A stretch of 64,000 nt of DNA from Alloascoidea hylecoeti (lineage: Eukaryota), in NCBI GenBank assembly GCA_001600815.1, contig BCKZ01000018.1, positions 339,974 through 403,973 on the forward strand, given 5' to 3'. The notes below the pieces were generated by a model. It made no database searches, had not been told where the DNA came from, and was given only the letters and a program-made list of their open reading frames with translations. The translations under genes were made by a program, and so were the position numbers. Shown in pieces: positions 36,309-48,782 of this stretch; position 1 is the first letter of the stretch, and each line of letters starts with the position of its first letter.

Positions 36309-37706
36309 TTATTGTAAAGGTTCAGATGAGCTACTAAGACGATTTAAATGCAAATAAACATCCGTACCATATCCTTCCATACTAATTAATCTTAGATCAC
36401 CTCCAAAATACCGAGCATATAATCTACTTAATGGTAAACCATAACCCAATCCAGCCATTGGTGCTCTAAAATCACTCTTACTAAACCCAGGCTCTAGATC
36501 TGGTGTGGATTCCACTGTTGTATAAAGATAAGTCCAAACTAAAGGTATTTCAGATCTTGGTATACCACCACCTTCATCTGATATTTTAATAGTGATATCT
36601 TCTTGTCCTTCAGCTATAATCACTTTAACAGACGGGTAAGAGTCAGCTCTAGCACCATACTTCTCAACAACAGCTCTTAAAGAATTTTTTAAAACTTCAA
36701 ATATCATATGAAGTAAATGACCTGGAACATACATGAATTTAATATCATTAGAACAAACTAATTCAACTTTTGGAGATTCATCTAAATCATAATATTGTTC
36801 ACAAATAAATGAAGCATTATCAATTGCATCTCTAGCAATTTCTCTAACATTTGTATCAGTACAGATAATACCTACATAATTATCTCGTGCTGGTTCAACA
36901 TTCATTGCAATATGTTGACCAATCAACATACGAATACCAATTCTGCTCATATAAAATCGATCTAGAAAACTCTGACATGAGGGATCAATAGTAGAACGTC
37001 TATACCGTTGCTTCCATTCATTAACACCTTGTGCAACAGTAGCTACTGTTGCATCATGTCGACGCTTAATCTTTTGTAATCTTTCAGTAAGAATACGGTT
37101 ATAATTGTAAACCTCGGGGGGCCATATAGCATTTTCAGCAACATTTGCATAGTAACGTCTGGAATTAATAGTTCTGTTATGACAATTGTCCGATGTGTAG
37201 AAATGCCATTCATCAAGTGATGGATTTTTAGTATTCAGCATATAAAATGGATCATCAGACTCAATAGCCCCTGTCGTCGTAGCCATATTTTTACCCTTTG
37301 AAGATCCAGAACCAGTACTATTTATTCTGAAACCACTATTTGGCTTTACTAATGGAGGAGGAGAGAATCTCTCCTTTTCCTTTTTGAAAAGCAAAGACCG
37401 TAACTCTTTTGATACCTTAGGTGTTGGAATAGTTGTTAGCTCTTCAAAACTTTGACTATACCAGTCTTTCACTTTGTTGATACTAGGCATTTCATTGAGG
37501 CCATCCGGTAGATCCTCTAGTTCCTGTACACGATGAGCAAGCCGTATTGGAAGTTCCTCAACAATAAATTGAGAAGCCCTAAATAAAGTTCCGGCAGATG
37601 GTTGCTGACCAAACTGGACCATCTGCCTCAGTGAAACACCCGTTGCAGGAAACTGGGCATAGTGGGAAATCTGGGAAGCCAGTCCCGGTGACAATTTCCA
37701 AGACAT
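36309..37706 (-). CDS. Mitochondrial pyruvate dehydrogenase/BCKDH kinase family protein
   Basis: Motifs ELPIRLAHRV, FLDRFYMSRIGIRML, EVLKNSLRA, DEGGGIP and AGLGYGLPLSRLYARYFGGDL. Confidence 0.95.
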   Translation of the reverse strand: MSWKLSPGLASQISHYAQFPATGVSLRQMVQFGQQPSAGTLFRASQFIVEELPIRLAHRVQELEDLPDGLNEMPSINKVKDWYSQSFEELTTIPTPKVSKELRSLLFKKEKERFSPPPLVKPNSGFRINSTGSGSSKGKNMATTTGAIESDDPFYMLNTKNPSLDEWHFYTSDNCHNRTINSRRYYANVAENAIWPPEVYNYNRILTERLQKIKRRHDATVATVAQGVNEWKQRYRRSTIDPSCQSFLDRFYMSRIGIRMLIGQHIAMNVEPARDNYVGIICTDTNVREIARDAIDNASFICEQYYDLDESPKVELVCSNDIKFMYVPGHLLHMIFEVLKNSLRAVVEKYGARADSYPSVKVIIAEGQEDITIKISDEGGGIPRSEIPLVWTYLYTTVESTPDLEPGFSKSDFRAPMAGLGYGLPLSRLYARYFGGDLRLISMEGYGTDVYLHLNRLSSSSEPLQ

Positions 37707-37883
37707 GATGATGTTGAAGATCTCACAAGTACTTGTTGTGTGGAGTTGGAGATACAGGGTGGCTGACTAAGTGGCGTGAGGCAGCTGACACGTCTATTAT
37801 ATCATCGGGGATATGAGTCACTATAAGATCTTATAATCATAGCCTATAAATACATAAATATCGTATATATTAACTTACTTGGA

Positions 37884-38526
37884 ATGAGGGCCGTAATCCA
37901 AAGAGTAAAATCAGCATCCGTGGTGGTCGACTCCAAAACTGTCTCCAGGTATGTCTTCTACCAATTGATAGCAGTAGGCGTACGTGTGAGGATACTAACT
38001 TTTCAGCATTGCCCATGGGTTTCTTATTCTAGTGGGTGTTTGCCCTGCTGATACTTCTGCAGATGTTGATAGATTGGCAAACAAAGTCCTAAAGCTGAGA
38101 CTGTGGCCGACCGAGGACGGGTCTGCGCAGTGGAAGCGGAGTATCAATGATGTGAAGGGTGAAATTTTGTGCGGTAAGTATAACGCATACTAAACTATTA
38201 ATAGTACTAACCCTTTCATTTCCAAACTGCCAGTATCCCAGTTCACATTGTATGGCAATATAAAAAAGGGCACGAAACCCGACTTTCACGGAGCTGCTAA
38301 AGGTAATTATATATACAGTTGGAAAGGAGACACAGATTTCTAACGTGATGTTTTGTGATTAGGCGCTGAAGCTAAGAAATTGTACGATGAACTACTGGAG
38401 AAAATTGGGGCCGGGATGCCCAACGGGGTGGGAAGCGTGAAAGATGGAGTGTTTGGGGCCATGATGGACGTCTCGCTGGTGAACGACGGGCCAGTAACCA
38501 TTCAGTATGATACTCACTCCTCATGA
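37884..38526 (+). CDS. DTD1: D-aminoacyl-tRNA deacylase, 4 exons: 37884-37948, 38007-38173, 38234-38302, 38363-38526
   Basis: MRAVIQRVKSASV, EILC|VSQFTLYG, KGTKPDFHGA and GVFGAMMDVSLVNDGPVT assemble across three GT-AG introns. Absent from the ORF track. Confidence 0.95.
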
Positions 38527-38696
38527 TAGATGGTACAAAATTTAGACTTCGCAGGTTTTAGATTCAAATTTAGACTCTTATTCATAGATGACTAATCTTT
38601 CTATTGTGTGCTGACACCATGTAATCACGCACACGATATAAAATTATTATAAATGTTTATCACTCCGAGGCTTTTCTTCTTCTTCATTTTCTCGAA

Positions 38697-40119
38697 ATGT
38701 GTAGATTTCTAATATTTAAGGGTCAGTTTGTTTACTGCTAGTCTGTATCGCGGGACCAAACATTAACACACGTTCTTATATATAGGCACAGAGCCCATTT
38801 TACTATCAAATTTACTCACAAGACCGGCTCACTCTATTATAAAGTACGCCAAATATATCTTGAACTCTTCCATATTATTACGGCGTCTACTGACACATCA
38901 TTCCATAGTCAGTCGTTCGACAGCAGACTGAGACTTGATCATAGGTATGCCAGAAGCACATTTCAACATGTCCTGTTTAAATATACGATCTAGATGAACC
39001 TAACATCAAATTAGACGTCCCATTAATGGTGATGGATTTGGCGTTTCTTATTATTCCTCTGACCCAGATCTCCAAGGAAGTCCTTGCACTTTTAGAGCCA
39101 TCACTCCAGTATGCATCAATATTACTATTCGACTATTTGTTATAATTATCAATTTAACATTTTCTTAGGCATGGAACAATTTGAATCTTGAAAAACTAGC
39201 CGAGAATACAAAGAGTAAACTAGTATTTGCGCACGTTAGAGCATCTACCTCGGGTGTTCTTTCAGAAACGAATTGTCACCCATTTTCTTATCATTCGCTT
39301 ACATTTATGCACAATGGTAAGTAGTATATTTATACAAAGAGAGTTCACAGGTACTAATCAAATATTACATCTTAGGTGGGATTTCCAATTTTGATAAATT
39401 AAAGAAAAGATTTGTAACACATATGAAAGATGAATACTTTTTATTCATTCAAGGAAGCACTGATTCCGAATGGGTAAGTTTTGTTCATATTAATCCATAA
39501 ATCTTATCTTTATACTAATATAATATATCAGGCATTTGCTTTATTTTTGGATACGCTTGATAAATTAGGTTATGATCCGGCTACTAAAGGCGGACAATTT
39601 GGTGATGTTCCACTTAGAAAAGCTTTACTAAAAACTATTGAATATATTAAAGATTGGACTAAAGAACTAACATTGGAACATTCTGAACCTAGCTTATTGA
39701 ATTTTGCAGTTACAGATGGTTCAAGTATTATAATTTCACGTTATATTACTTCAAAGACAGAAGAAGCAGCTTCTTTACATTTTTCATCAGGAACAAGGTT
39801 TTTAGAATATGAGCCCGGTCAATATAGAATGGAACGTTTAGATAGAAGACAGGATATTATTATGGTAGCTTCTGAACCATTGACTTTTGAACGTGGTGAT
39901 TGGATTACTGTTCCTACTAATACCTTACTCAGTATAAAGGATCTAACCGTTTTATTACATCCTATAATGGATGAATATTACCAAGATCCATCCTTTAGGC
40001 GAATAAGTGGTGTTGCTGAGAGGAAAGGTCTCATGGGTTCAGTTCCGGTAGCACCTACTCTTGATGTACCTCCATTAGGAAGGGAAGGGCGAAGTTCATC
40101 TCCTATTACTACTTGTTAA
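38697..40119 (+). CDS. DUG3: Class II glutamine amidotransferase Dug3 (glutathione degradation), 7 exons
   Basis: MCRFLIFKG with N-terminal nucleophile Cys2, RPAHSIINQSFDSRLRLD, PINGDGFG, FAHVRAST, NCHPF, FMHNG, GSTDSE and LLNFAVTDG, assembled across six short introns. Confidence 0.92.
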
Positions 40120-40246
40120 TATTCAAAATATAGTCATAGTCATCATAGTATAAAAGCATTTTTAGATTCATATTCATAGGTGTAAGGTTGTTTGTTGATA
40201 CTTTGAAAAATATTTGAGATGTAAGCTGTCTGTAGAACTATTTGAA

Positions 40247-41011
40247 ATGTCTATGCCAATTGGTCCCGGAGGGCTACCTAACCAAGGTAGCAACAAGACT
40301 TTTGCTGAAATGACGCCCGAGGAACAAGGAGAAGTAGGTGCAAGAGCTATGATGAATTTAATGCAATCTTGTCCTGGCAAAACAGTATTTGCAGGGGTTA
40401 CTGGATTTGCTCTTGGTGGTGTTTTCGGTCTTTTTATGGCTAGTGTAAGTAACTTTTAAATTTTTGATTATGTTTAATATAATTTTAAATGAAATGTTTG
40501 GTTACTAAAGTATGCCTATGTTTTTATAGATGGCCTATGATACTCCTATTGGAAGTAATGCCAGTAAAATCAGCGAATTACCACTTAAACAACAACTTAA
40601 AGTGGGATTTTTAGATATGGGGAAAAGATCATGGTCAAGTGCTAAGAATTTCGGTGTATTAGGTGGAATGTATACTGCCTTTGAATGTTCTGTTGAATCT
40701 GTAAGTCGGATTGTTATAATTTTGGATTTTGATGTTTGTTTGTTAACAAACTATTGATAATAGCTACGAGCAAAAAATGACTTGTGGAATGGTGTTTGGG
40801 CTGGTTGTGCCACAGGAGGTGCATTAGCTGTAAAGTCTGGTCCTCACGCTGCTGCTCTTGGGTGTGCTGGATTTGCTGCTTTCAGTACCGCTAGTAAGTA
40901 CTAAATATTCTTTCTATATTTACTCACTGATCTAACCTTTTCAATTATTTAGTCGAACTATATATGAGGAAAGATAGTAATTCACCTCCACCTAATGACT
41001 ATGATGAATAA
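40247..41011 (+). CDS. TIM22: Mitochondrial inner-membrane translocase Tim22, 4 exons: 40247-40444, 40530-40700, 40764-40893, 40953-41011
   Basis: [51 protein letters not shown] and GCAGFAAFS; three GTAAGT introns. Confidence 0.95.
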
Positions 41012-41779
41012 TTACAACAACCTGGACCCAAATGTATATAGTACACCAGTTTTAATTGGTTATTTCAAGTTTTGTGATTTACTTTATTGTTGGTTAAAGC
41101 ATGTTTAACCTATAGATTATTAGATCAATTAGCATTGTGGAAACTTGATAGATCTATATTTAATGATGCGTTTTAAAATTTAATATAATGATATAAGCAT
41201 TAATTTCAATTCCATAGCTAAAGCACATTACAAAATATCTAGTCATATCAGCTTAACCGGATAACGTTATATGTTCCATCGGATAGAACACCTGAATATG
41301 TAGGATATGTATTATAAAGTTATCGTAAAGGATACAAATATTTAAATACCCGTTGTTTGTGGAAAAAGATTCTTTGTCATCTAATTATCATAGTACCTTT
41401 AAAAAACATGAAAAGAAAAAATCATGAATTCGAGAGTGATAATCTAATCACTATGTAGTTATATAGATAATATTTAACTATATGTCTATACTATGATAAA
41501 TCTAGCATCCTAAATGGCCAGTTAATTAATAGGTTACTATTAATATTGATTCCACCACATTTTTAAAGCGGATTATCCCTTTTCATAATACAATAAACAA
41601 TTAAAACCTGAATCCCATATAAAATGAAAATGCAAAAGACAAAATAAATATGTAAACACTCAAATAGAACAAATCATAATAATCATCATCAAACCAACAG
41701 ATCTCTAAAAATCTGTATCAAAAAAATAAGGAACATGACTTAGACAATTGCAATGTCAAAATACCTGGAGATGAGCGAG

Positions 41780-42970
41780 TTAGTTGGTAAATTTTAAAAT
41801 GGTAAAGTCCATGAATACATACATCAATAAAAGTAAAACTGTAAAAACTGAAGCTAAAAACATTGATAAATAAGGACTGTTAATAAGATTGTTAGTAGAA
41901 CGCCGGTTATTTGAGTGTATTTTTATATTTTGAAGGGCTCTTATCCCCATGATTTCATCTTTTATTTTCGAAGTTTTATAGGGGGTTTGTATTATGTTTG
42001 GTTGAACATGATCAGAGTCCACTATATTTGGAACGATATGACCGTTTAGCTTTTTTTCAAGCATATCAATAGCATTCTTTATTGAAACATAATCCATTTC
42101 TAAAGCATATACATCAACTAACTTATCATTGGTAGGTGAATTATCCTTACTTGCCGTGAAAATATCATTCTTCATTTTGATCTCCTCCGTACCAGGAAAT
42201 TTGAAAGAAAAATTCAACTTGTTACTGTTATTTGCAGACCCTTTATTTTGAGCATCATCGATTATGATTGATTGTTTATGACGTATTGTACGTGGGGGTT
42301 CATCTTTTTTTTTTGAAATATCTCCCAGAGCCTGGTCAACCTCTAACTCATCATGCGATCTTCGTTGCCGTAGAGGTTTGATAACACTATATGGTAGAGT
42401 AGGTCTGATTAGTCTTGAATGGTTTGACTCCACCCGCTTAATTCTTATTTTATCTTGGTTAAAACTATATCGTGGTTCCACATTGTTATTAATGCTGTTG
42501 TTTACGATGGCATTAACGGTGTAATCTCGAGGCTTATAACTTCTACCAAATGCAGGCGTTGTGCCCCTCATGCTTTGGAATCTATTTGAATCATTATACC
42601 CATAATTATAGAAGGGAAACCCATCCGAAGAGCCTTCTTCGATATTAGTTTGGTTATGACTATAATTTTCTTCTTTAATTGAACTTCGTGATATTGAATT
42701 GGGTCTTGAGAACGTAAATGATGGGAAATCTGTTCCTCCAGGGGTTGTGGAATGTTTATAATTTTGCCCCGAAACCCCCGCACTTAAGTTTCTATCTGAC
42801 TTATTAGCCCTCCCAAATGAGATAGCCCTTTTAACTGGTACCGCAAGATCATCTACATCTATATGTCGGGATATTGGCGGTGTGATAAGTTTCGGTCGGC
42901 TAAACTTAGAAACAGAGCTGGTTCTCGCAAATCGTTCATCACGAAATCCCAAATTCGACACATTCATCAT
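41780..42970 (-). CDS. Unknown, largely disordered protein with a short coiled coil and C-terminal transmembrane anchor
   Basis: ~396-aa ORF from ATG 42970 with hydrophobic tail YLSMFLASVFTVLLLLMYVFM. Confidence 0.7.
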   Translation of the reverse strand: MMNVSNLGFRDERFARTSSVSKFSRPKLITPPISRHIDVDDLAVPVKRAISFGRANKSDRNLSAGVSGQNYKHSTTPGGTDFPSFTFSRPNSISRSSIKEENYSHNQTNIEEGSSDGFPFYNYGYNDSNRFQSMRGTTPAFGRSYKPRDYTVNAIVNNSINNNVEPRYSFNQDKIRIKRVESNHSRLIRPTLPYSVIKPLRQRRSHDELEVDQALGDISKKKDEPPRTIRHKQSIIIDDAQNKGSANNSNKLNFSFKFPGTEEIKMKNDIFTASKDNSPTNDKLVDVYALEMDYVSIKNAIDMLEKKLNGHIVPNIVDSDHVQPNIIQTPYKTSKIKDEIMGIRALQNIKIHSNNRRSTNNLINSPYLSMFLASVFTVLLLLMYVFMDFTILKFTN

Positions 42971-43585
42971 TTTTATATATTTGAACGTGAATGGCAAGAT
43001 TTAAATAATGTCTTTTTTTGTTATAATAATAATGGTGTTGGTGAAATATCCCAGAATCTTTGTAGAAATGTTATGGTCTCAAAAAAAATTTATACTCGTT
43101 TAGCCTTGAACTTGGGATGCATTATAATAAGACGCAGTTGTAAAATATAAAGCGTTAGTTTCATTTCATAACAGTTACAATTACACAAATACAAGACGGC
43201 CTCGTATGAAATTTTTACAAGATTGAATGGTTATATATTAAAAATGTAAATCTAAGCATGTTAGCCATGGAAGCTCATTGCTTCATGTTAAGAAGCAAGG
43301 ACTAGGAGTAGGAGTACAATTAGAATTGCAAGGAACAACGCCATCTACATCGCTGATTGCAACAAGGGTAGGGAATCATAAAAACATATAAATATAAATA
43401 AATATATGTAAATAGCAAATCGTATATTAAAGGGATGGTCATCTGTGAGAGTAAACAAAGTTGATGATCAGGGGAAAAAAGCATAAATATATGAAAACAA
43501 TTTGTTAATATATACCTATATTACCAAATATGAACAAATTATAACCGTTAAATCTAATCGCCAAAGGGTATATATAATAAATCAT

Positions 43586-45404
43586 TTAGAAATTGAACGA
43601 TTGTTGCTGTTGATTTCCATCATAGCCAAAAGCAAAGGTTTGACCTTGTTGTTGAGGAGCAAGATTGGTCTCCTCTGCCTCTGCTTCGTCATCTGAAAAG
43701 TATTTAGCAATAATATTGTAAGACTTCTGATAAATTTCTTGGTTCTCGTTGTTCTGGCATTCAAAAATCTTATCCATACCATTAGCTTCTTCAATGAGCA
43801 AAGCATATTGATTAATATGACTTGAATTGGCTTCTTTATCTTGTTCACCAATCTTCAATATATTTTCAAGAGCATCCAATGAGACCTGAATAATCTTGTT
43901 GTCAGCACTTTGTGCACTCAGCAAGTCACATAGTGGTTTGATACAGTTTTCTTTAACAAGGTATCTAATTTGATCCGGTTCAAGAAGACCACCTGAAGTT
44001 CCATTTGAAATAGCCCAACATGCTTCCTTTTTTGTTCTATAATCTGCTGAGCTAAGTAATCTAATAAGATCTGGAATAATTCCAGCATCAATAACAGCTT
44101 GGATTTGTTGAGGAGTTCCGGCTGTAATATTTGAGATCGTCCAACATGCTTCCTTTTTTAGGTTATCTTTTGGTGATGACAGTAAAGCACGCAACGGGGT
44201 CAATGCATTACAATTAACAATTGCTTGAGTTTGAACAGTATCACCCGTAACGATATTTCCAACTGTTCTTAAAGCCGGTGTTTGTACCTGTGTAGAGGTA
44301 TGACCAAGTAGTTCAACAAGTCTTCTTGGAATTCCAGCTTCAATGATAGCTTGTATCTTCTCATTGGGACCATCGGATAAATAAGATAAGGCCCAACAAG
44401 CGTCAATCAAAATTTCTTCGTCAACAGAGTAAATCAACTTAGCCAAAATTGGAATAGCTGTAGAAACTAATTCCCAAGCAGGAGGAGGATTCTTTCCACG
44501 ACATAAATTACTTAAAGTCCATGTTGCATTTCTCAATAAACTTGCATTAGAAGCGTTCATGAGATTAATAATGGAAGGGAGAGCATTTTGTTCAAGAACG
44601 TAATCTCGGTATTTTGCTGAATCACCGGCTACATTACCTAACGCCCATATTGCTTGCTCCTTAACCTCATTAGAAGGTGAACTTAGTAATTCGATGAAAA
44701 TGGGAACGGCACCTGCCTCGACAACAACAGTTGTTTGTGCTGATGTGCCAGAAGCAATATTAGTTAAAGCCCATGCAGCTTCTAATTGAAGAAGATCAGG
44801 GGGGCTCTTTAAGAATTGAACTAATATTGGAATGACACCTGATTGGATTACTTGATCGATTGGTGGATTTCTCTCTCTAGACAAGATTTTTCTGAATTTT
44901 ACGGTTGCATGGATCTGTGTATCCAGACTATCGGATTGAATTTCCTCAACCATTTTGGGTAATTCCTCGTGTAGCTAGAAAAAGAAAAAAGGAAATAAAA
45001 GACGACATATTAAGTTAGTTTTCGGAATATAGAGAAATAAATATTCAGGATAGAAATATCATTGAGATTAATTGAAGGGGTAATAAAATTTGCAAATCAA
45101 ATAAAATGCAAAAAAACTTTTGATCTAGTGGGATCGCAAAAGTGATCTCCATTCCAAAATCAATACATACCTGTCTGATGAAAGTAGCATCGTTTAAGTC
45201 ATCATCTTCGTCACTATCTTCAGCATCATCAATGATAGCGAGGTTACGTCTTTTAGACAGAGCCTCATCTCGTTTTGTCTTTCTCAGCTCAACTTGAGCC
45301 ATATCACGACGACGACGTAATTCATCGGGCTTGAAATGGCCCTTATTCTTGAAATTTGTCCGTCTATGCTCTGGGATAAATCTAGTAGCAGCGTCAGCAT
45401 CCAT
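43586..45404 (-). CDS. SRP1: Importin alpha (karyopherin alpha), 2 exons: 45404-45171, 44974-43586
   Basis: IBB domain [16 protein letters not shown]...KRRN, ARM repeats ([25 protein letters not shown]) and a GTATGT..CTAAC..TAG intron. Confidence 0.97.
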
Positions 45405-45625
45405 TTTTGATTATATTGATACAGTTAGAGAATATTAAGAAGAATGTCACAGAAAAAAGGAAGATTCGTTTTTCATCTTCCCAATTTGTTTGCATACCTG
45501 TTACTGAGGCAATGTGATCCGGTATACCATGTACGCAGATTGTGGGCTATAACGTGTATTTTTGGGTACACCCATCTTAGAGCGCTTGAAAAGTCGCACA
45601 TCTACTATTGGTTCATACTTAGATC

Positions 45626-46366
45626 ATGCTATCCACTACCATAATAAGACAAAGCCAGAGGAATTTGCTCCTTTGCAGTTCTTCAATATCAATTGTTCCA
45701 GCCTTTTTTGTAAGAACGGCACAGTTTCATCAAACCACAGCTCGATATTCAGATGTTGATATAGAAGACCCTTATGAATCGAATAATGTCAAATTCAAGA
45801 AACCAGGCCTACCGTTCAAAAGAAAGTTAGATAGTAAACTGAGGCTATCATATAACCCAATATATATTTCTCCAGCTGCATCGCAGGTGTCTTTAGCTAA
45901 GCGTGTGAGCTGGGCAACAGCATTAGCTGGGTCATATATCACTTATCTTCTTCAAACTAGAGGTTTTCCAATTGAAATTGTTTCAGCCGTTGGCCTATTA
46001 GTAACTGTACCTATTCCATTTATTCAATACTTCACATCTCCCTATGTCTCTAGAATTTTTCGGGTATATAGAAAGGATGAACCACAAACTTATGAGAATC
46101 TTATTAAAGATGAAAAACTTGCCCTGGAAAAGATTTCAATATCAGGAAGAAATGTTTATATGGAAATTGTAGATGTTGAGACTTTAAAAGTTGTTAATAA
46201 GAAAGCCGGTTGGTTAAATTGGACTGCAAAAGATAAATTATCTGGATTTACGCAGAATTTCTATATTGCAGATGACATTGGTGGCATCAAAATGGATAGA
46301 ATATGGGGTATCGCAGAACATAATGCTGGAATAAATAATGGAAGATTTATGGAGTCGAAAGAATGA
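45626..46366 (+). CDS. Mitochondrial membrane protein, TMEM70/TMEM186/TMEM223-like
   Basis: Presequence-like N-terminus, IYISPAASQVSLAKRVS, two hydrophobic helices and QYFTSPYVSRIF. Confidence 0.6.
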   Translation: MLSTTIIRQSQRNLLLCSSSISIVPAFFVRTAQFHQTTARYSDVDIEDPYESNNVKFKKPGLPFKRKLDSKLRLSYNPIYISPAASQVSLAKRVSWATALAGSYITYLLQTRGFPIEIVSAVGLLVTVPIPFIQYFTSPYVSRIFRVYRKDEPQTYENLIKDEKLALEKISISGRNVYMEIVDVETLKVVNKKAGWLNWTAKDKLSGFTQNFYIADDIGGIKMDRIWGIAEHNAGINNGRFMESKE

Positions 46367-46658
46367 ACTTCGAAATTTAATCTACAAACCTTTTTTGTAT
46401 ATAGAACATTCAGATGCATTTAAGTTATGTTACTATATATCACACATTACGAATAGTGTAGAATTGTGTATAATCGATAAATGATATATATCTCATTTAA
46501 ATTTACTTAATTTTTGTAGTTGAACCATATAATTAGAGAAATCAGAAGTTCACGCGGCACAGAATATCTTAAATTCTTTTAGACTTCAATGTTAATCTAA
46601 GAATTATCGTTAAAAAAGGAACAAAACATCTTAAAATCAATTACCATTTGTATAACAA

Positions 46659-48189
46659 TTACAATGATTTCACCTGCGTTGTTTTCAGTGATAGTAAAGC
46701 CGCTGTGCCTAGTAATAGCATCGAATAGATTATCAAAATTAGTAGCGCTTGTATATCACCCACCTTAAATGTATCAATATTCAAATCAATAACTCCTGTC
46801 AGAATGTATGCTAACAGAAAAACAACAGTACTATTGGCGTTAACAACATCTAGAGTTAATGGAACTGATTTATCATATTCAACTTTATTCACGCCAAAGA
46901 AAAACCTTTCAATCAGCACATATGCACTTAAAAATGCTGTGTTAAAAAAACAAACCCATAACGTATAAGGCAAGTTTGTTAATCTTCTTGATACATCAAA
47001 TGGATAAAAATAAGAAGCAATTAAGTAAAGAGCTCCATAGAAAAACGTCCTTGTTGTAATATAAAATACCAAATTATCTGTCGGTTTGTTATTTTTATCA
47101 AATTTTGGTTTTCTATTCGGTAACAGATGTAAACCAGTAGATTGACCAACAAGAAACACTGATACATAACCTATAGTTGAAAATATACCCTCTCTATTCT
47201 CAGTGAAAAAATTTGTTCGTGGAGCCTCTAAGATGAATGAAATTAGATCTAACTTTGTTAATGCCAATTCATAGGCAATACTGATAATTAAAGCAGTAAC
47301 ACTACGCGAGACTCTTTTTTGAATTCCAACCAAGAGTGACGTAAGAGGCCCAATAAGCGCGAGCGTGAAAAAGATGTTCCAGTGAACCCCATATTGTGTC
47401 ACTTCCTGTTTATAATTAAACAAATCTGATAGAATGACTCGCGCAATTCCATGAGCTACCAGTGTTAAAGAAGATGTAAAAGATTTCGAAAAACTAGATA
47501 AAATTGTTGTTTCAACGCCTTTTGCCTTATTTACTAGAACCGGTCTTGCTGAAACAACTCCCATAGAAAATACAAACGACCCAACACCAAGATCCATTAA
47601 AGAAGTTCCCCATGATTCAACGCTGGCAAATCTTCTAGGAAAAATTCGAAAATCAACAGCCAAGATTGCAAGGCATGTGATTATCATCATTGCACCTCTA
47701 TAAGCCGTGACAAACCCCTTTTTCGGCAAATAACCAGATATCAATAATTGTTCTTTATTATCCTGATCATGTTTTAGTGATTGTCTCCCACTGGATATGA
47801 TAGGTTTCTTTTTGAAAACGATGGTGTAGGCAATAGCGGGCACTAATATAAGAGATAATAAAAGTGCTGGTTCGGAAGAATAAAAGGTTATCGCTAATAA
47901 TAGACTACCCCAATTAATGATAAAGTCCAGTAAAAGTGCAAATACAGGCCATCTGCTTTCTGAAAACAAGTTTGTATTTTTTTCAAGAAGACACCAGGCA
48001 GCATAAGAAATCTGTAATATCTTCAAGTTAGATTTAAATTGTCGTTTTTCCACAATTTGCGATAAAAAAGGTACATACCAAACCAACACTCGTAACTAAG
48101 TATATCTCACTTGAAGGGCCACCTGTCTGGTTACTCTCCTGATCAAACACCAGATTATCTGAGTGTAACTTTGTTGTGAAGCTTTCCAT
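46659..48189 (-). CDS. GWT1: GPI inositol acyltransferase Gwt1, 2 exons: 48189-48079, 48011-46659
   Basis: Motifs TCLAILAVDFRIFPRRFA, WGTSLMDLGVGSFVFS, YGVHWNIFFTL, NREGIFS and SRRLTNLPY; intron GTATGT..CTAAC..CAG. Confidence 0.95.
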
Positions 48190-48782
48190 GTTGGAAGTGC
48201 GGAAACACTAGAAATTTCAAAAAAACCTGTGATGTTCAGTAGTCGATCCCTTATATAATTTGTTAAAAGTATAATCACGTGTAGCGTAGTTAAATATTTT
48301 GATGGTGAGAACTTTAGGCTAGGACTTACAAGTGTAGCCAATTGTAAGTTGGAGAAATTTTGTAGCTAAGTCCGGGCATATATATGTAATAATTACTGTA
48401 CAATAATGGCCATTAAAAGAAGAAAAATTAAGTATAGCATTGGCAGGACTATATAAGATCTCATAGGTGAAAATTATAATAATGTTATTTCCGTTTTTAA
48501 GTTATGGAATCGAACTATGTAATCAATTATAAGCGTATAATTATACTTCGAACTTCTATTTCTGTCAAGATTGTTTAGTTCTATTTCCAGCTGAAAGTAT
48601 AAGGCTAAAAGTATATGATAGGAGTGAGTAGCTAGTATAAATTTAACTATGACCACTTTAACATTCTGACTTAATTTAGACCAATATTAATTAATCTTAT
48701 TTAGAGTCTACCTAATTGGGATGCAAATGGTACCATACTATGAATCTATGATACACTTCTATTATATTGTACTATATTGATA

